This document shows positions 10,201 to 20,623 of a stretch of DNA of 59,924 nucleotides, in pieces. Location: assembly GCA_905236965.1 (NCBI GenBank), contig CAJOQR010000033.1:1-59924 (forward strand), written 5' to 3'. Origin of the DNA: an uncultured Acholeplasmatales bacterium (lineage in GTDB: Bacteria > Bacillota_I > Bacilli_A > Acholeplasmatales > Anaeroplasmataceae). The first letter of the stretch is position 1. Every line of letters begins with the position of its first letter. The position numbers were made by a program, and so were the translations under genes. The notes under the pieces are model-generated. The model searched no databases, was not told the origin of the DNA, and saw only the letters and a program-made list of their open reading frames with translations.

Positions 10201-10944
10201 ATGAGACTTGATTTATTTTTAGTTGAAAAAGGATATTTTAAGACTAGATCTAAAGCAAAAATAGCTATAGATGAGAAAAAAATATTAGTTAATGGTAAAT
10301 TAGAAAAAGCATCTTATAATGCAACTAGTCAAGATAAAATAGAATTAATAAATATTAATCCATATGTTTCAAGAGGTGGATTAAAATTAGAAAAAGCAAT
10401 AGAATCATTTAATCTTGATTTTCAAGATAAAATTATTTTAGATATAGGCGCTTCAACAGGAGGATTTACTGATTGTGCATTAAAGCATGGTGCGAAATTA
10501 GTTTATGCAGTAGATGTTGGAAATATGCAATTAGATGAATCTTTGAAAAATAATAAAGCCGTTATTTCTTATGAAAATACAAATATAAAAGATTTTAATT
10601 TAGATAAAAAATTAGACTTTATTGTTATGGATGTTTCATTTGTTTCAATAGAATATTTATTACCTTCAATTGATAAATTTATTAGCTTAGATAATGCCTT
10701 AATTACATTAATTAAGCCACAATTTGAAGTCGGTAAATTATATTTAAAAAATGGAATTGTAAAAGATAAAAAGCTTCATTTAAATGTATTAAATAATATT
10801 TTTGAAGCTTTAAAAGAATATAATTTAGGAATATATAAATTAATAAAATCACCTATATTAGGTGGTTCAGGAAATGTTGAGTTTTTAGCTTTAATTAAAA
10901 GAGGGGTTAATTTAAATATTAATCTAAAAGAGGTATTAAAATAA
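10201..10944 (+). CDS. tlyA: TlyA-family rRNA methyltransferase (S4 + FtsJ domains)
   Basis: MRLD, YVSRGGLKL, LDIGASTGGFTD, DVSFVS, LIKPQFE. Confidence 0.95.
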   Translation: MRLDLFLVEKGYFKTRSKAKIAIDEKKILVNGKLEKASYNATSQDKIELININPYVSRGGLKLEKAIESFNLDFQDKIILDIGASTGGFTDCALKHGAKLVYAVDVGNMQLDESLKNNKAVISYENTNIKDFNLDKKLDFIVMDVSFVSIEYLLPSIDKFISLDNALITLIKPQFEVGKLYLKNGIVKDKKLHLNVLNNIFEALKEYNLGIYKLIKSPILGGSGNVEFLALIKRGVNLNINLKEVLK

Positions 10945-12620
10945 TGCTTAAAGAATTAAGAGTATCAAATTTTGCAATAATTGAAGATATAAAAATTAAT
11001 TTTAATGAAGGAATGACAGTATTAACAGGTGAAACTGGGGCTGGAAAATCATTAATTATTGATACAATTTCTTTACTTTTAGGTGCAAGAGCTGATATTT
11101 CAATGATAAGGTATGGCAAAAATTCATCTAAAGTAGTTGGTATTTTTACCCATAATAATCAATTAAATGATTTATTTAATAAAAATGGAATTGAAATAAA
11201 AGATGAAATTGAAATAATAAGAGAAATTTATAATAATTCAAAAAACATTATAAAAATAAATGGAATTAATGTTACTTTAACTTTATTAAAGGAAGTTTCT
11301 TATTATTTAGCATCAATACATATTCAAAATGATACATATAAATTATTTGATCCTAATAATTATTTAGACATTTTAGATCCTAAAACAGATTTAAAATTTA
11401 ATAAATTGATGAATGAATATTCTTTATCATTATATAAATATCTTAATTTTTATAAAGAATATAATAATATTTTAGAAAGAAAAAATGATGCATATAAAAA
11501 TTTAGAATTTTTAAAATATGAATATGAAGAATTATCTAATTTAAATTTATATCCTAATAAGGATAAAGAATTAAGAGAAAAAATATCTAAATTATCAAAT
11601 TACGATAAAATCTATTCTCATTTAACAGATGCATATAATAATTTAGAAAATGATAATGATCCATTATCTAAATTATATGATGCTGCAATGAATTTATCTA
11701 AAATAAAAGAATATGATGAAAAATATTTATCATTTAATGAAAAATTATTAGATTGTTATTATATTGCATCTGAAATTAAAGATGAGATTTATAAAGATAT
11801 AAATAATTTAGATTATAATGAAGAAGAATTAAATGAATTAAGCTATGAAGAAAATGAATTAAATAAAGCTAAAGAAAAATATAAAAAAAATTTAGATGAA
11901 TTAATTATATATATAGAAAAAATAAAATTAGATATTGATTTAACAACAAATTATGATGAGGTTTTAAATGATATAAATTTAAAATTAAAAAATTCATTTG
12001 ATAATTTAAAAGAAAAAGCTTTAAAATTATCAAATTATAGAAAAAATATAGCACTAGATTTTAGTAAAAAGATTATTAAAGAATGTAATGACCTAGATTT
12101 AGAAAATACTCGTTTTGAAGTTATATTTAATGATGTTTTGTTAGATGATTATTTAAATAAAGATGTATTTAAAGATAGCGGAATAGATGAAATATCATTT
12201 AATTTATCTTTTAATGAAGGTGAGCCTTTAATGCCTTTATATAAGGTTGCATCAGGAGGAGAAGCATCAAGATTCATGCTAGCATTAAAAAGCTATTTAA
12301 AAATGAATTTGAACCTAGATTTATTTATTTTTGATGAAATAGATACAGGCGTATCAGGTGCAACTGCTAAAAAAATAGCTTTAAAAATGTATGAAATATC
12401 AAAAAATTCTCAAGTGTTATGTATTACTCATCTTCCACAAGTTGCGGCTATGGGAGATTATCATAAGCATATATTTAAAACAATTTTAGATAATAGAACT
12501 ATTACTTTAATTGAAGATTTAAATATAGAAAGAAGAACTGAAGAGATTGCATTAATGCTTTCAGGAGATAAAATGAGTATATATGCTTTAGAGCATGCAA
12601 AAGAATTATTGAAAAAATAA
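10944..12620 (+). CDS. recN: DNA repair protein RecN
   Basis: LTGETGAGKS, ASGGEASR, FDEIDTGVSG, ITHLPQVAA. Confidence 0.97.
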   Translation: MLKELRVSNFAIIEDIKINFNEGMTVLTGETGAGKSLIIDTISLLLGARADISMIRYGKNSSKVVGIFTHNNQLNDLFNKNGIEIKDEIEIIREIYNNSKNIIKINGINVTLTLLKEVSYYLASIHIQNDTYKLFDPNNYLDILDPKTDLKFNKLMNEYSLSLYKYLNFYKEYNNILERKNDAYKNLEFLKYEYEELSNLNLYPNKDKELREKISKLSNYDKIYSHLTDAYNNLENDNDPLSKLYDAAMNLSKIKEYDEKYLSFNEKLLDCYYIASEIKDEIYKDINNLDYNEEELNELSYEENELNKAKEKYKKNLDELIIYIEKIKLDIDLTTNYDEVLNDINLKLKNSFDNLKEKALKLSNYRKNIALDFSKKIIKECNDLDLENTRFEVIFNDVLLDDYLNKDVFKDSGIDEISFNLSFNEGEPLMPLYKVASGGEASRFMLALKSYLKMNLNLDLFIFDEIDTGVSGATAKKIALKMYEISKNSQVLCITHLPQVAAMGDYHKHIFKTILDNRTITLIEDLNIERRTEEIALMLSGDKMSIYALEHAKELLKK

Positions 12621-12649
12621 AGTGTATCAAAATTGATACACTTTATTTT
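12614..12649. terminator. bidirectional terminator between convergent recN and Cof genes
   Basis: AAAATAAAGTGTATCAA-aa-TTGATACACTTTATTTT perfect inverted repeat. Confidence 0.85.
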
Positions 12650-13454
12650 ATTCATCTATAAATTTATTAATTGCGAATGCAACTCCACTTTCTAAATTAG
12701 ATTTAGTTATGAAATCAGCATATTTAAAAACTTCATTAAAAGAATTTTGCATTGCAACTCCAATACCTGCATTTTGAATCATTGGTATATCATTATCAGC
12801 ATCACCTATTGCTAAAGTATTAGAAATATCAATATTTAAATAATTTGCTAAAAAATTTAAAGCAGTCCCTTTATTTGTCTTTTTATTTAAAAATTCTAAA
12901 AAGATTTTTGAAGAACGTAAAACAGAATATTCATTTTTATATTCTTCTTTAAATTTAGGTGTTACTCTAGAAATATTTTCATCTGAATCAACTATCATTG
13001 CTTTAATAAATTTATCATCTTTACCTAAATTATTAAAATCATATAAAGATGCATCAATTTTATTAATTGTCTCTTCAACTAATGTATATGGATTTTTTTT
13101 AGGAGTTATTAATTCTTCATTTTCTTTAAATGCATGTATATTTACATTTTCTATAATTGATTTTTTGTATAATTCTTTTACAAAATCACCATCAATTAAA
13201 GTAGAATGAATTAATTCATTTTTTCCAACATTTAAAATTTTTCCTCCATTATATAAAATGACATAATCATTTATAGATGTTAAATTTAATTCTTTTAATG
13301 TATCAATTACACCATTATATGGTCTACCTGTTGCAATTACGACATAAATTCCATTTTCTTTTGCTTTTTTTATAGCCTCTTTATTTTCTTTTGAAATCTT
13401 TTTTTCATTATCAAATAAAGTCCCATCTAAATCTATTGTAATAAGTTTAATCAA
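12648..13454 (-). CDS. Cof-type HAD-IIB hydrolase
   Basis: DLDGTL, ATGR, NGG, KGTAL, GDADNDIPMI; probable TTG start at 13454 after AAAGGGTG. Confidence 0.92.
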   Translation of the reverse strand: MIKLITIDLDGTLFDNEKKISKENKEAIKKAKENGIYVVIATGRPYNGVIDTLKELNLTSINDYVILYNGGKILNVGKNELIHSTLIDGDFVKELYKKSIIENVNIHAFKENEELITPKKNPYTLVEETINKIDASLYDFNNLGKDDKFIKAMIVDSDENISRVTPKFKEEYKNEYSVLRSSKIFLEFLNKKTNKGTALNFLANYLNIDISNTLAIGDADNDIPMIQNAGIGVAMQNSFNEVFKYADFITKSNLESGVAFAINKFIDE

Positions 13455-13475
13455 AAAAATCACACCCTTTTTTTC

Positions 13476-13502
13476 AAAAAAAAACTCCAATTATTTTGGA
13501 GT
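13476..13502 (-). terminator. terminator-like hairpin downstream of small membrane protein gene
   Basis: ACTCCAA-n5-TTGGAGT followed by T-tract on minus strand. Confidence 0.6.
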
Positions 13503-13503
13503 A

Positions 13504-13683
13504 TTAACCATGAAGAACATATTGAATTATAGCAAAAACTAATGATGCTACACCAGCAGTTAACATTAAAAATGCAAGTATACCAACAATTATTTTACCG
13601 GCAGGACTTTTTACAGGATTTGAATATGTTTTTTTAACTTTTTCATTCTTTTTTTTGTTATTCTTTTTTTTATTATCTGCCAT
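13504..13683 (-). CDS. small single-TM membrane protein (59 aa, Lys-rich N-terminus; DUF4044-like shape)
   Basis: ATG 13683 preceded by AGGAGA; MADNKKKNNKKK then one hydrophobic helix; the longer 110-aa version would overlap dinB. Confidence 0.75.
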   Translation of the reverse strand: MADNKKKNNKKKNEKVKKTYSNPVKSPAGKIIVGILAFLMLTAGVASLVFAIIQYVLHG

Positions 13684-13772
13684 ACTTATTTCTCCTAAAC
13701 ACTTAAATAATATGTTATAATTATAAACAAAGTTATTATATAATATTTTTTTAAAAAAAGGAAGAAAAATAT

Positions 13773-14951
13773 ATGGAAAATCATGCAAAAATAATATTTC
13801 ATATTGATATGAATGCTTTCTTTTGTTCTGTAGCAACTATTTATTATCCTCATCTTAGAGGAAAACCTTTCGCAATAGGAAGAGAAAATACATATAAAGG
13901 TGTAATTTCTACAGCATCATATGAAGCACGAAAATTAGGAATACATTCAGCTATGCCTATTGCTGAGGCATATAAAATAAAGCCTGATTTACGTATTGTT
14001 CATATAGATTATTCTATATATAATGAATATCACAATAAATTTGTTAATTTAATAAAAGAATATACAGATTTAATTGAGGTTGCATCAATAGATGAGGTTT
14101 ATGCTGATATGACTAAAGCATCCTTAAAAAAGCATCCTATAGTTTTAGCAAAAGAAATTCAATTGAGATTATTAAAAGAATATAAGCTTCCTTCATCAAT
14201 TGGAATTGCTCCTACTTTATTTTTAGCTAAAATGGCTTCTGATATGAAAAAGCCTTTAGGAATTACAGTCATAAGAAAAAGAGAAGTAAAAGATATTTTA
14301 TATCCTTTATCTGTAAAAGAAATTTATGGAGTTGGTAAAAAAACATTTCCAAAGTTAATAGAAAAAAATATTAATACAATAGCTGATTTTATGGATATAA
14401 ATAATAAAGATAAGGTTATTAATCTTGTTGGAGAAAATACATATAATTATGTATATAATCATATATTAGGTAATTCAACTAATATAGTTGATCCTAAGCG
14501 CTTTGATGAATCAAAATCAATTTCTACATCAGAAACATTTGATGTTTTTTTATATTCATTTGATGAAATATTAATTGAATTAAGAAGAATGACAAAAGAT
14601 ATTTATAAAAAAATGATAAATGATAATTATTATACTAAAACAATTACTTTAACATTAAGAGATAGTGATTTTAATACAATAACAAGACAAGACACTTTAG
14701 ATGATTATACTGATTCATTTGATGAAATTTTTGATATTGTAATTGAATTATTAGAAAATAACATTAAACCTAAAGAATATAGATTAATAGGTGTTGGATT
14801 TTCAAATTTAGTTAAAGAAGAAAATCTACCTAAAGAATATAATTTATTTACAATTCAATCTGAAGATGAAAAAGAATTTGTTATAGATAATTTAATAAAT
14901 GATTTTCAGCAAAAATATGGTAAAAATGCATTATTTAGGAGAAAAAAATGA
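13773..14951 (+). CDS. dinB: DNA polymerase IV (Y family)
   Basis: HIDMNAFF, STASYEAR, ASIDEVY, LAKMASDMKKPLG. Confidence 0.95.
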   Translation: MENHAKIIFHIDMNAFFCSVATIYYPHLRGKPFAIGRENTYKGVISTASYEARKLGIHSAMPIAEAYKIKPDLRIVHIDYSIYNEYHNKFVNLIKEYTDLIEVASIDEVYADMTKASLKKHPIVLAKEIQLRLLKEYKLPSSIGIAPTLFLAKMASDMKKPLGITVIRKREVKDILYPLSVKEIYGVGKKTFPKLIEKNINTIADFMDINNKDKVINLVGENTYNYVYNHILGNSTNIVDPKRFDESKSISTSETFDVFLYSFDEILIELRRMTKDIYKKMINDNYYTKTITLTLRDSDFNTITRQDTLDDYTDSFDEIFDIVIELLENNIKPKEYRLIGVGFSNLVKEENLPKEYNLFTIQSEDEKEFVIDNLINDFQQKYGKNALFRRKK

Positions 14952-15937
14952 ATTTGGATGAAAAAAAAGCATGGCTTGAATTATATAATTTAGCTGATGA
15001 AGCATATGAATATAGTCCATGGGAATATGTTAAAGAAGATATGTTTTTATCTTTTATTGATGAAAATGATAAAATGTGGTATGCATCAGTTTTAGGAAAT
15101 AATAAAAAATTTTATGGAATATTATTTATTGAAGAAAAAGATATTAATAGATATTTAAATATATATAAAAATAATTATTCAAATATACAAACCTTTAATT
15201 ATCAAGTAGGCTTAATGGTAAGCTTTGTTGATAAGAAAAATTTAAAAGATGATGAATTACATCTTTTAAAAGAATTAGGAATTAATTTTTCAAAAATAGC
15301 TATTAAATTTCAAAAATTTGAAAGGGGCTATATGCCTTATATGATAAAATTTTTTGATGTTTTAAATTTTAGTTATCTTTTTAAAAATTTTATGGTAATA
15401 TTTAAGCATCTTAAAAATAAAAATATCTTATTGCCTAATGATGGAGAAATGCTTTCAAGATTTTATTTAAAAGATGAAAATTTATATAAAACTGCAAATA
15501 TTAAATTCTTTAAAAAAGAAGAAATATATGATAAAGTTTTAGTTGATGATTTTAAATTAATTTCTAAATCAAAACCAATAGATATAGAATTTGAATTTAT
15601 AAATTATCTACCTATTGCCATAGGAAATAATTATGAGGATGGTAAATATAAATTAGATAAATTTTTTGCTATCGCAGATGCATCTAATAATAAAATGCTA
15701 AAAATAGAAATTATTGATACATCTAAATACAAAAATGAATTAGAATATAATAAAGATGCAATCAATAAATTAATCGAATTTATTAATAATAATTTTATTC
15801 CAAGAAGAATAATTGTAAGAGATTTATATTCTTATAATTTATTAAAGGATTTTGAAAGAATTTCAAAAATCGAGCTTAAAATTGATAAAATTAGAGTTAT
15901 AGATATATTTATTGATTCATTTTTGAAAGGAAAATAA
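14948..15937 (+). CDS. hypothetical protein (resembles DUF6930/DUF7309-type families)
   Basis: 329-aa ORF overlapping dinB stop (ATGA); N-terminal W..LY..A......PW...YASVLG pattern. Confidence 0.6.
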   Translation: MNLDEKKAWLELYNLADEAYEYSPWEYVKEDMFLSFIDENDKMWYASVLGNNKKFYGILFIEEKDINRYLNIYKNNYSNIQTFNYQVGLMVSFVDKKNLKDDELHLLKELGINFSKIAIKFQKFERGYMPYMIKFFDVLNFSYLFKNFMVIFKHLKNKNILLPNDGEMLSRFYLKDENLYKTANIKFFKKEEIYDKVLVDDFKLISKSKPIDIEFEFINYLPIAIGNNYEDGKYKLDKFFAIADASNNKMLKIEIIDTSKYKNELEYNKDAINKLIEFINNNFIPRRIIVRDLYSYNLLKDFERISKIELKIDKIRVIDIFIDSFLKGK

Positions 15938-15938
15938 T

Positions 15939-17243
15939 ATGTTATTTGATGGTTATGAATTAAAAGATTATATTGTAAAAGCCTTAAATGATTTAAATTT
16001 TAATTCTTTTACTAATGTTCAAAAAGAAGTTTTTTCGAAATTAGAATCAGAAAAAAATATAATAGTTAAATCAAAAACAGGTTCAGGTAAAACTCACTCT
16101 TTTTTAGTACCAATTTTTAATAATTTAGATGAAGATCTTCATAAGGTTCAAGCATTAATTGTTGCACCAACAAAAGAATTATCTATTCAAATTTATAAAA
16201 TGGCTCAGCATATTGCATCATTTTCTGAAAAAAGAATTGATATAAAAAATTATTCAGGTGGAACAGATAGATTAAAAGATATTGAAAAATTATCAAATTC
16301 TAATCCTCAAATTGTTATAGGAACATTAGGTAGAATTAATGATTTAGCAATAAAAGAAAATGTTTTAAAAATATATACAGCTAAATATTTTGTATGTGAT
16401 GAAGCTGATATGACATTTGATGATACAAATATTTTAGAATTTGATAGTATTGCTAAAGTATTAGATAATGCAAAATTTATGTTTTTTTCAGCAACATTTT
16501 CAGAAAAAATATTGCAAGAAATGAAAAAATATATTACTAATGTAGAATTTATTGATGTAAAAACAAATGAAAATAATATAAAGCATATTTGGATTCCATT
16601 AAAATATAAAGATAGATATGATTTATTAAAAGATTTAATTTCTACAATGCAGCCTTATTTTTGTATGATTTTTTGTAATAAAAAGGAAAATGTTATTGAA
16701 CTTGCAAATAAATTATCTAATGATGGTTATTTTGTAGGAATGCTACATGGTGATTTATCACAAAGAGAAAGAAAAAGAATTTTAAAAGAATGTAATGAAT
16801 TAAAATATCAATATTTAGTATGTACAGATATTGCAGCTAGAGGAATAGATATTAAAGGTGTATCTCATATTATTAACTATGAATTGCCAAAGGATTATGA
16901 ATTTTATCTTCATAGAAGTGGTAGAACTGGTAGAATGTTTAGTGATGGAATTGTTTATTCTTTTTATGAAGAAATTGATAATCAATATTTAGATAATTTA
17001 AATAAAAAGAAAATAATACCAGAATATTTTGAAATAAAAAATAAAGAATTGATTCCTTATAAAGGAAGAAATACAAGACAATCAAGACAAAAGCCCAAAA
17101 CAAATTATGAATATGAAGCAAAAAAATTTGTTCCTAAGCCAAAAAAAGTTAAACCTGGATATAAGAAAAAAAGAGAAGAACAAATTAAATTAATTGCTTC
17201 AAATTTAAAAAAGAAAGATAAAAAAAATAATAGATTAAAATAA
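15939..17243 (+). CDS. cshB: DEAD-box RNA helicase, CshB-like
   Basis: KTGSGKT, PTKEL, DEAD, SAT, ARGID, HRSGRTGR; basic tail KPKKVKPGYKKK. Confidence 0.9.
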   Translation: MLFDGYELKDYIVKALNDLNFNSFTNVQKEVFSKLESEKNIIVKSKTGSGKTHSFLVPIFNNLDEDLHKVQALIVAPTKELSIQIYKMAQHIASFSEKRIDIKNYSGGTDRLKDIEKLSNSNPQIVIGTLGRINDLAIKENVLKIYTAKYFVCDEADMTFDDTNILEFDSIAKVLDNAKFMFFSATFSEKILQEMKKYITNVEFIDVKTNENNIKHIWIPLKYKDRYDLLKDLISTMQPYFCMIFCNKKENVIELANKLSNDGYFVGMLHGDLSQRERKRILKECNELKYQYLVCTDIAARGIDIKGVSHIINYELPKDYEFYLHRSGRTGRMFSDGIVYSFYEEIDNQYLDNLNKKKIIPEYFEIKNKELIPYKGRNTRQSRQKPKTNYEYEAKKFVPKPKKVKPGYKKKREEQIKLIASNLKKKDKKNNRLK

Positions 17244-17265
17244 ATTTTAATTTAGTGAGAGTGTT

Positions 17266-17607
17266 ATGATAAAAAACAAATTAATTTCAAAGAATAAAAT
17301 GAATATTGAAAATGTTTTGAAAGATTGGATTTCTTCAAATGTGCTTTCAGAAGATGGTTATTTTATTAAGAAGATTGAGAAGGAAAATTATAAATTAACT
17401 ATCTTTATTGTTGAAGATTATTATTTTAGAATAAGGTCAAATCTTACTTTAACAATATTTGTAGAAGAAAATGATGAAGAAATAAATGTTGAAGTTGTAT
17501 CAAGTGGTGGTAAAGAAGGACTTGCTGGCTTTTCATATGGAGCAGAAAAGAGTGCTGTCAAACGTGTTGTTAAGTTATTAAAAGAAAATGGATTTACTGA
17601 GCAATAA
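17266..17607 (+). CDS. hypothetical protein (DUF6054-like)
   Basis: EDYYFR...LT...SSGG..G....GAE pattern. Confidence 0.6.
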   Translation: MIKNKLISKNKMNIENVLKDWISSNVLSEDGYFIKKIEKENYKLTIFIVEDYYFRIRSNLTLTIFVEENDEEINVEVVSSGGKEGLAGFSYGAEKSAVKRVVKLLKENGFTEQ

Positions 17608-17640
17608 TTTTATATAAATTATGATTTATTTAGAAGATCA

Positions 17641-17688
17641 TAAAAAGAATACCCTAAGCGTTTAAAAGCGTTTAGGGTATTCTTTTTA
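17641..17688. terminator. bidirectional terminator
   Basis: TAAAAAGAATACCCTAAGCG..CGTTTAGGGTATTCTTTTTA between convergent genes. Confidence 0.85.
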
Positions 17689-17697
17689 TATTTTATA

Positions 17698-18927
17698 TTA
17701 TTTTAATGTTTCTCCAGATTTTAAATGAGAAACTTTAATTTCTTTATGATTCATTGAAGAGAAGATTCTAACATTTCTTTCAATTTCTAATCCTTCAGGT
17801 AAAATTAATTTTTTACCTATTACATTTAATCCACTAGATAAAACCTTTGGATTATCTTTATTAGGTGTAAAATCATCTCCATATCCGATTTTTGAATTAT
17901 CTCCAATGACTGTTTCTTTATCTATAATTGTATCTTCAATAATACAATTTTCTCCTATAACAACATCATTTAAAATAATAGAATGTTTTATTTTTGTTCC
18001 TTTACCAACAACTACACCTGGTGATAAAACAGATTCTTCAACATCACCTTCAATTCTACAACCATTTGAAATTAAAGAAGTAGAAATAGATGCATGCGCA
18101 CCAACTTTTACTGGAGGTAAATCTTCAGTTCTTGTATATATTTTCCAATTAGGATCATATAAATCTAAAGCAACATCATGACATAATTCAAGATTTGCTT
18201 CAACATATGAATCATATGTTCCAACATCCTTCCAATAATCATAAAATTCATATGCATAAACTTTTTTTGTATCAATCATTTCAGGAATAATATGCATACC
18301 AAAATCTAAATCATTGATATCTGGATGAGATTCAATTGCTTCAATTAATGCATCTGTTGAAAATACATATATACCCATTGATGCTTTGTTTGATTTAGGT
18401 TGTTTTGGTTTTTCAACAAATTTTTTAATTCTTAAGCTATCGTCTGTTTCTAAAACTCCAAATCTTGAAGCTTCTTCGATAGGAACAATTTTAGCTGCAA
18501 TAGTTAAATCAGCACCTGTTTTTTTGTGCTGTTCAATTATTTTTGAATAATCCATTTTATAAATGTGATCTCCAGATAAAATTAAAACATATTTAGATGC
18601 ATAACGTTTAACAAATTCAATATTTTTTCTTATAGCATCAGCAGTTCCTTCATACCATGAATTATTAGGTTGAAGAAGTGTTACAAAAGAATCACGTCTA
18701 TCTAAGTCCCATGGCTTTCCAACACCAATGTGTTCATTTAATGAAAGTGGTAAATATTGTGTTAAAATACCGATTTGGAAAATTCCTGAATTTGTGCAAT
18801 TTGAAAGTGCAAAATCAATTATTCTAAATTTTCCACCAAAAGGTACAGCTGGTTTACTACGTTTTTCGGATAAAATATCTAATCTTGATCCTCTTCCTCC
18901 AGCTAAAATTAAAGCTAATGTTTCCAT
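17698..18927 (-). CDS. glgC: glucose-1-phosphate adenylyltransferase
   Basis: ILAGGRGSRL, KPAVPFGGKFRIIDF, LSGDHIYKMDY, FVEKP, YWKDVGT. Confidence 0.96.
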   Translation of the reverse strand: METLALILAGGRGSRLDILSEKRSKPAVPFGGKFRIIDFALSNCTNSGIFQIGILTQYLPLSLNEHIGVGKPWDLDRRDSFVTLLQPNNSWYEGTADAIRKNIEFVKRYASKYVLILSGDHIYKMDYSKIIEQHKKTGADLTIAAKIVPIEEASRFGVLETDDSLRIKKFVEKPKQPKSNKASMGIYVFSTDALIEAIESHPDINDLDFGMHIIPEMIDTKKVYAYEFYDYWKDVGTYDSYVEANLELCHDVALDLYDPNWKIYTRTEDLPPVKVGAHASISTSLISNGCRIEGDVEESVLSPGVVVGKGTKIKHSIILNDVVIGENCIIEDTIIDKETVIGDNSKIGYGDDFTPNKDNPKVLSSGLNVIGKKLILPEGLEIERNVRIFSSMNHKEIKVSHLKSGETLK

Positions 18928-18938
18928 ATTTTTCCTCC

Positions 18939-20357
18939 CTATTTAACTAAAGCTTTATTATATAGTTCAATATATTGTAATGCTGAATTATTCCAGCTAA
19001 AATCTTTTTCCATAGCTTGTTTAACTAATGTTTGCCAAACTTCTTTATTGTTATTATATGTATTTAATGCAAGATACATAACATTTTTTAAATCATGTGC
19101 ATTGAAATTAGTAAATGAGAATCCAGTTCCTTCTTTAGTATATTGATTAAAAGGAATAACAGTATCCTTTAATCCACCAGTTTCTCTTACAAGAGGAAGT
19201 GTACCATATCTCATTGCAATAATTTGTCCTAAACCACATGGTTCAAATTTAGATGGCATTAAGAAAATATCAGAACCAGCATAAATTTTTTGAGCAACTG
19301 CATCTGAATATCCAATATAGCATTTAAATCTATCAGGATATTTATTTTGTAAGCTTCTAAAGAAGTCTTCATATATTTTATCTCCTGAGCCCATAAAAAC
19401 AAATTTAGCATTTGAATAAGTTATTACATCCTCAATTGTTGGAATTAATAAATCTAATCCTTTTTGTTCTACAAGTCTAGATACTAATCCAAATACTGGA
19501 ACATCTATTGCTTCCATACCAAATTCTTTTAAAAGAGCTTCTTTATTAGCTTTTTTACCAGATTTAATAGTTCTTATATTATAATTTTTATATATTGCTT
19601 TATCTGTTTGTGGATTATATTTATCTATGTCAATACCATTTATTATTCCATAAAAATCAAAATATCTAAGTCCTAAGATGTTATTTAATTTATAACCATA
19701 ATAATCAGTTAATACTTCATTTTTATATGTTGGTGAAACAGTATTTATTACATTTGATTCCATAATAGCTGTTTTCATAAAATTAATGCATCCTTCAAAT
19801 TCTATTGAGCTTGAATAAGGCATAAATAATATATTTTTCATTTCCATTGGGAAAATTCCTTGATATTGGATATTATGAATACTAAATACAGTTTTAATCT
19901 TATTAAATTCTTGATAAGCATAATAATTAGCTTTTAAAATATAAGGTATTAAACCAGTTTGCCAATCGTTTAAATGTATAATATCTGGAAAGAATTGTAT
20001 TACTTTAATTGCTTCTAATATAGCAAAATCAAAGAATGCAAATCTTTCTCCATCATCACCATATCCATAAAAGCCATCTCGATAAAAATATCTATCATTA
20101 TCAATAAAATAAAAATCAATTCCTTCAAATTCTTGATGAAATAAACCTACATATTCTGTTGATTGACCTATTCTAACATAAGCATAGCCAATATAAGAAG
20201 CAGTATTTTTATCTTTTATCTTTTTATAATATGGAAGAATTACTCTAGCATCAATTCCATTTGCTTTTAAGGCTTTAGGTAGAGCACCTGCAACATCAGC
20301 AAGTCCACCAGTTTTAGCAAAAGGAGCAGCTTCACTCGTACATAGTAAAACTTTCAT
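18939..20357 (-). CDS. glgA: glycogen synthase
   Basis: KTGGLADV, HLNDWQ, SRLVEQKG, PSKFEPCGLGQ, TGGLKDTV. Confidence 0.97.
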   Translation of the reverse strand: MKVLLCTSEAAPFAKTGGLADVAGALPKALKANGIDARVILPYYKKIKDKNTASYIGYAYVRIGQSTEYVGLFHQEFEGIDFYFIDNDRYFYRDGFYGYGDDGERFAFFDFAILEAIKVIQFFPDIIHLNDWQTGLIPYILKANYYAYQEFNKIKTVFSIHNIQYQGIFPMEMKNILFMPYSSSIEFEGCINFMKTAIMESNVINTVSPTYKNEVLTDYYGYKLNNILGLRYFDFYGIINGIDIDKYNPQTDKAIYKNYNIRTIKSGKKANKEALLKEFGMEAIDVPVFGLVSRLVEQKGLDLLIPTIEDVITYSNAKFVFMGSGDKIYEDFFRSLQNKYPDRFKCYIGYSDAVAQKIYAGSDIFLMPSKFEPCGLGQIIAMRYGTLPLVRETGGLKDTVIPFNQYTKEGTGFSFTNFNAHDLKNVMYLALNTYNNNKEVWQTLVKQAMEKDFSWNNSALQYIELYNKALVK

Positions 20358-20623
20358 TTTTTCACCTGATTTCTTTATTTATTTTTAAATAAGAATTAAT
20401 ACTTCTTTAATAAAATTATATAAAAGTAATAATAAAATATCAAGTTTTTAACTAACTTTTTATTAAAATTTAAATATATAATTTCATATTTTATCTTATA
20501 TAGTTAAATTCTAAAAAAACCTAATAAATTGTTGTAAATCAAAGTTGTTTTTGTTATAATTAAAAAGCGAATGTTTTTATAAAACAATAATTAATAATTC
20601 TTTAAAAGGAAGGATTTATATAT

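Noticed and set aside
13684-13772. LexA (GAAC-N4-GTTC) box upstream of dinB
   Set aside because: Closest sequence AAAC-AAA-GTTA has wrong spacing and mismatches
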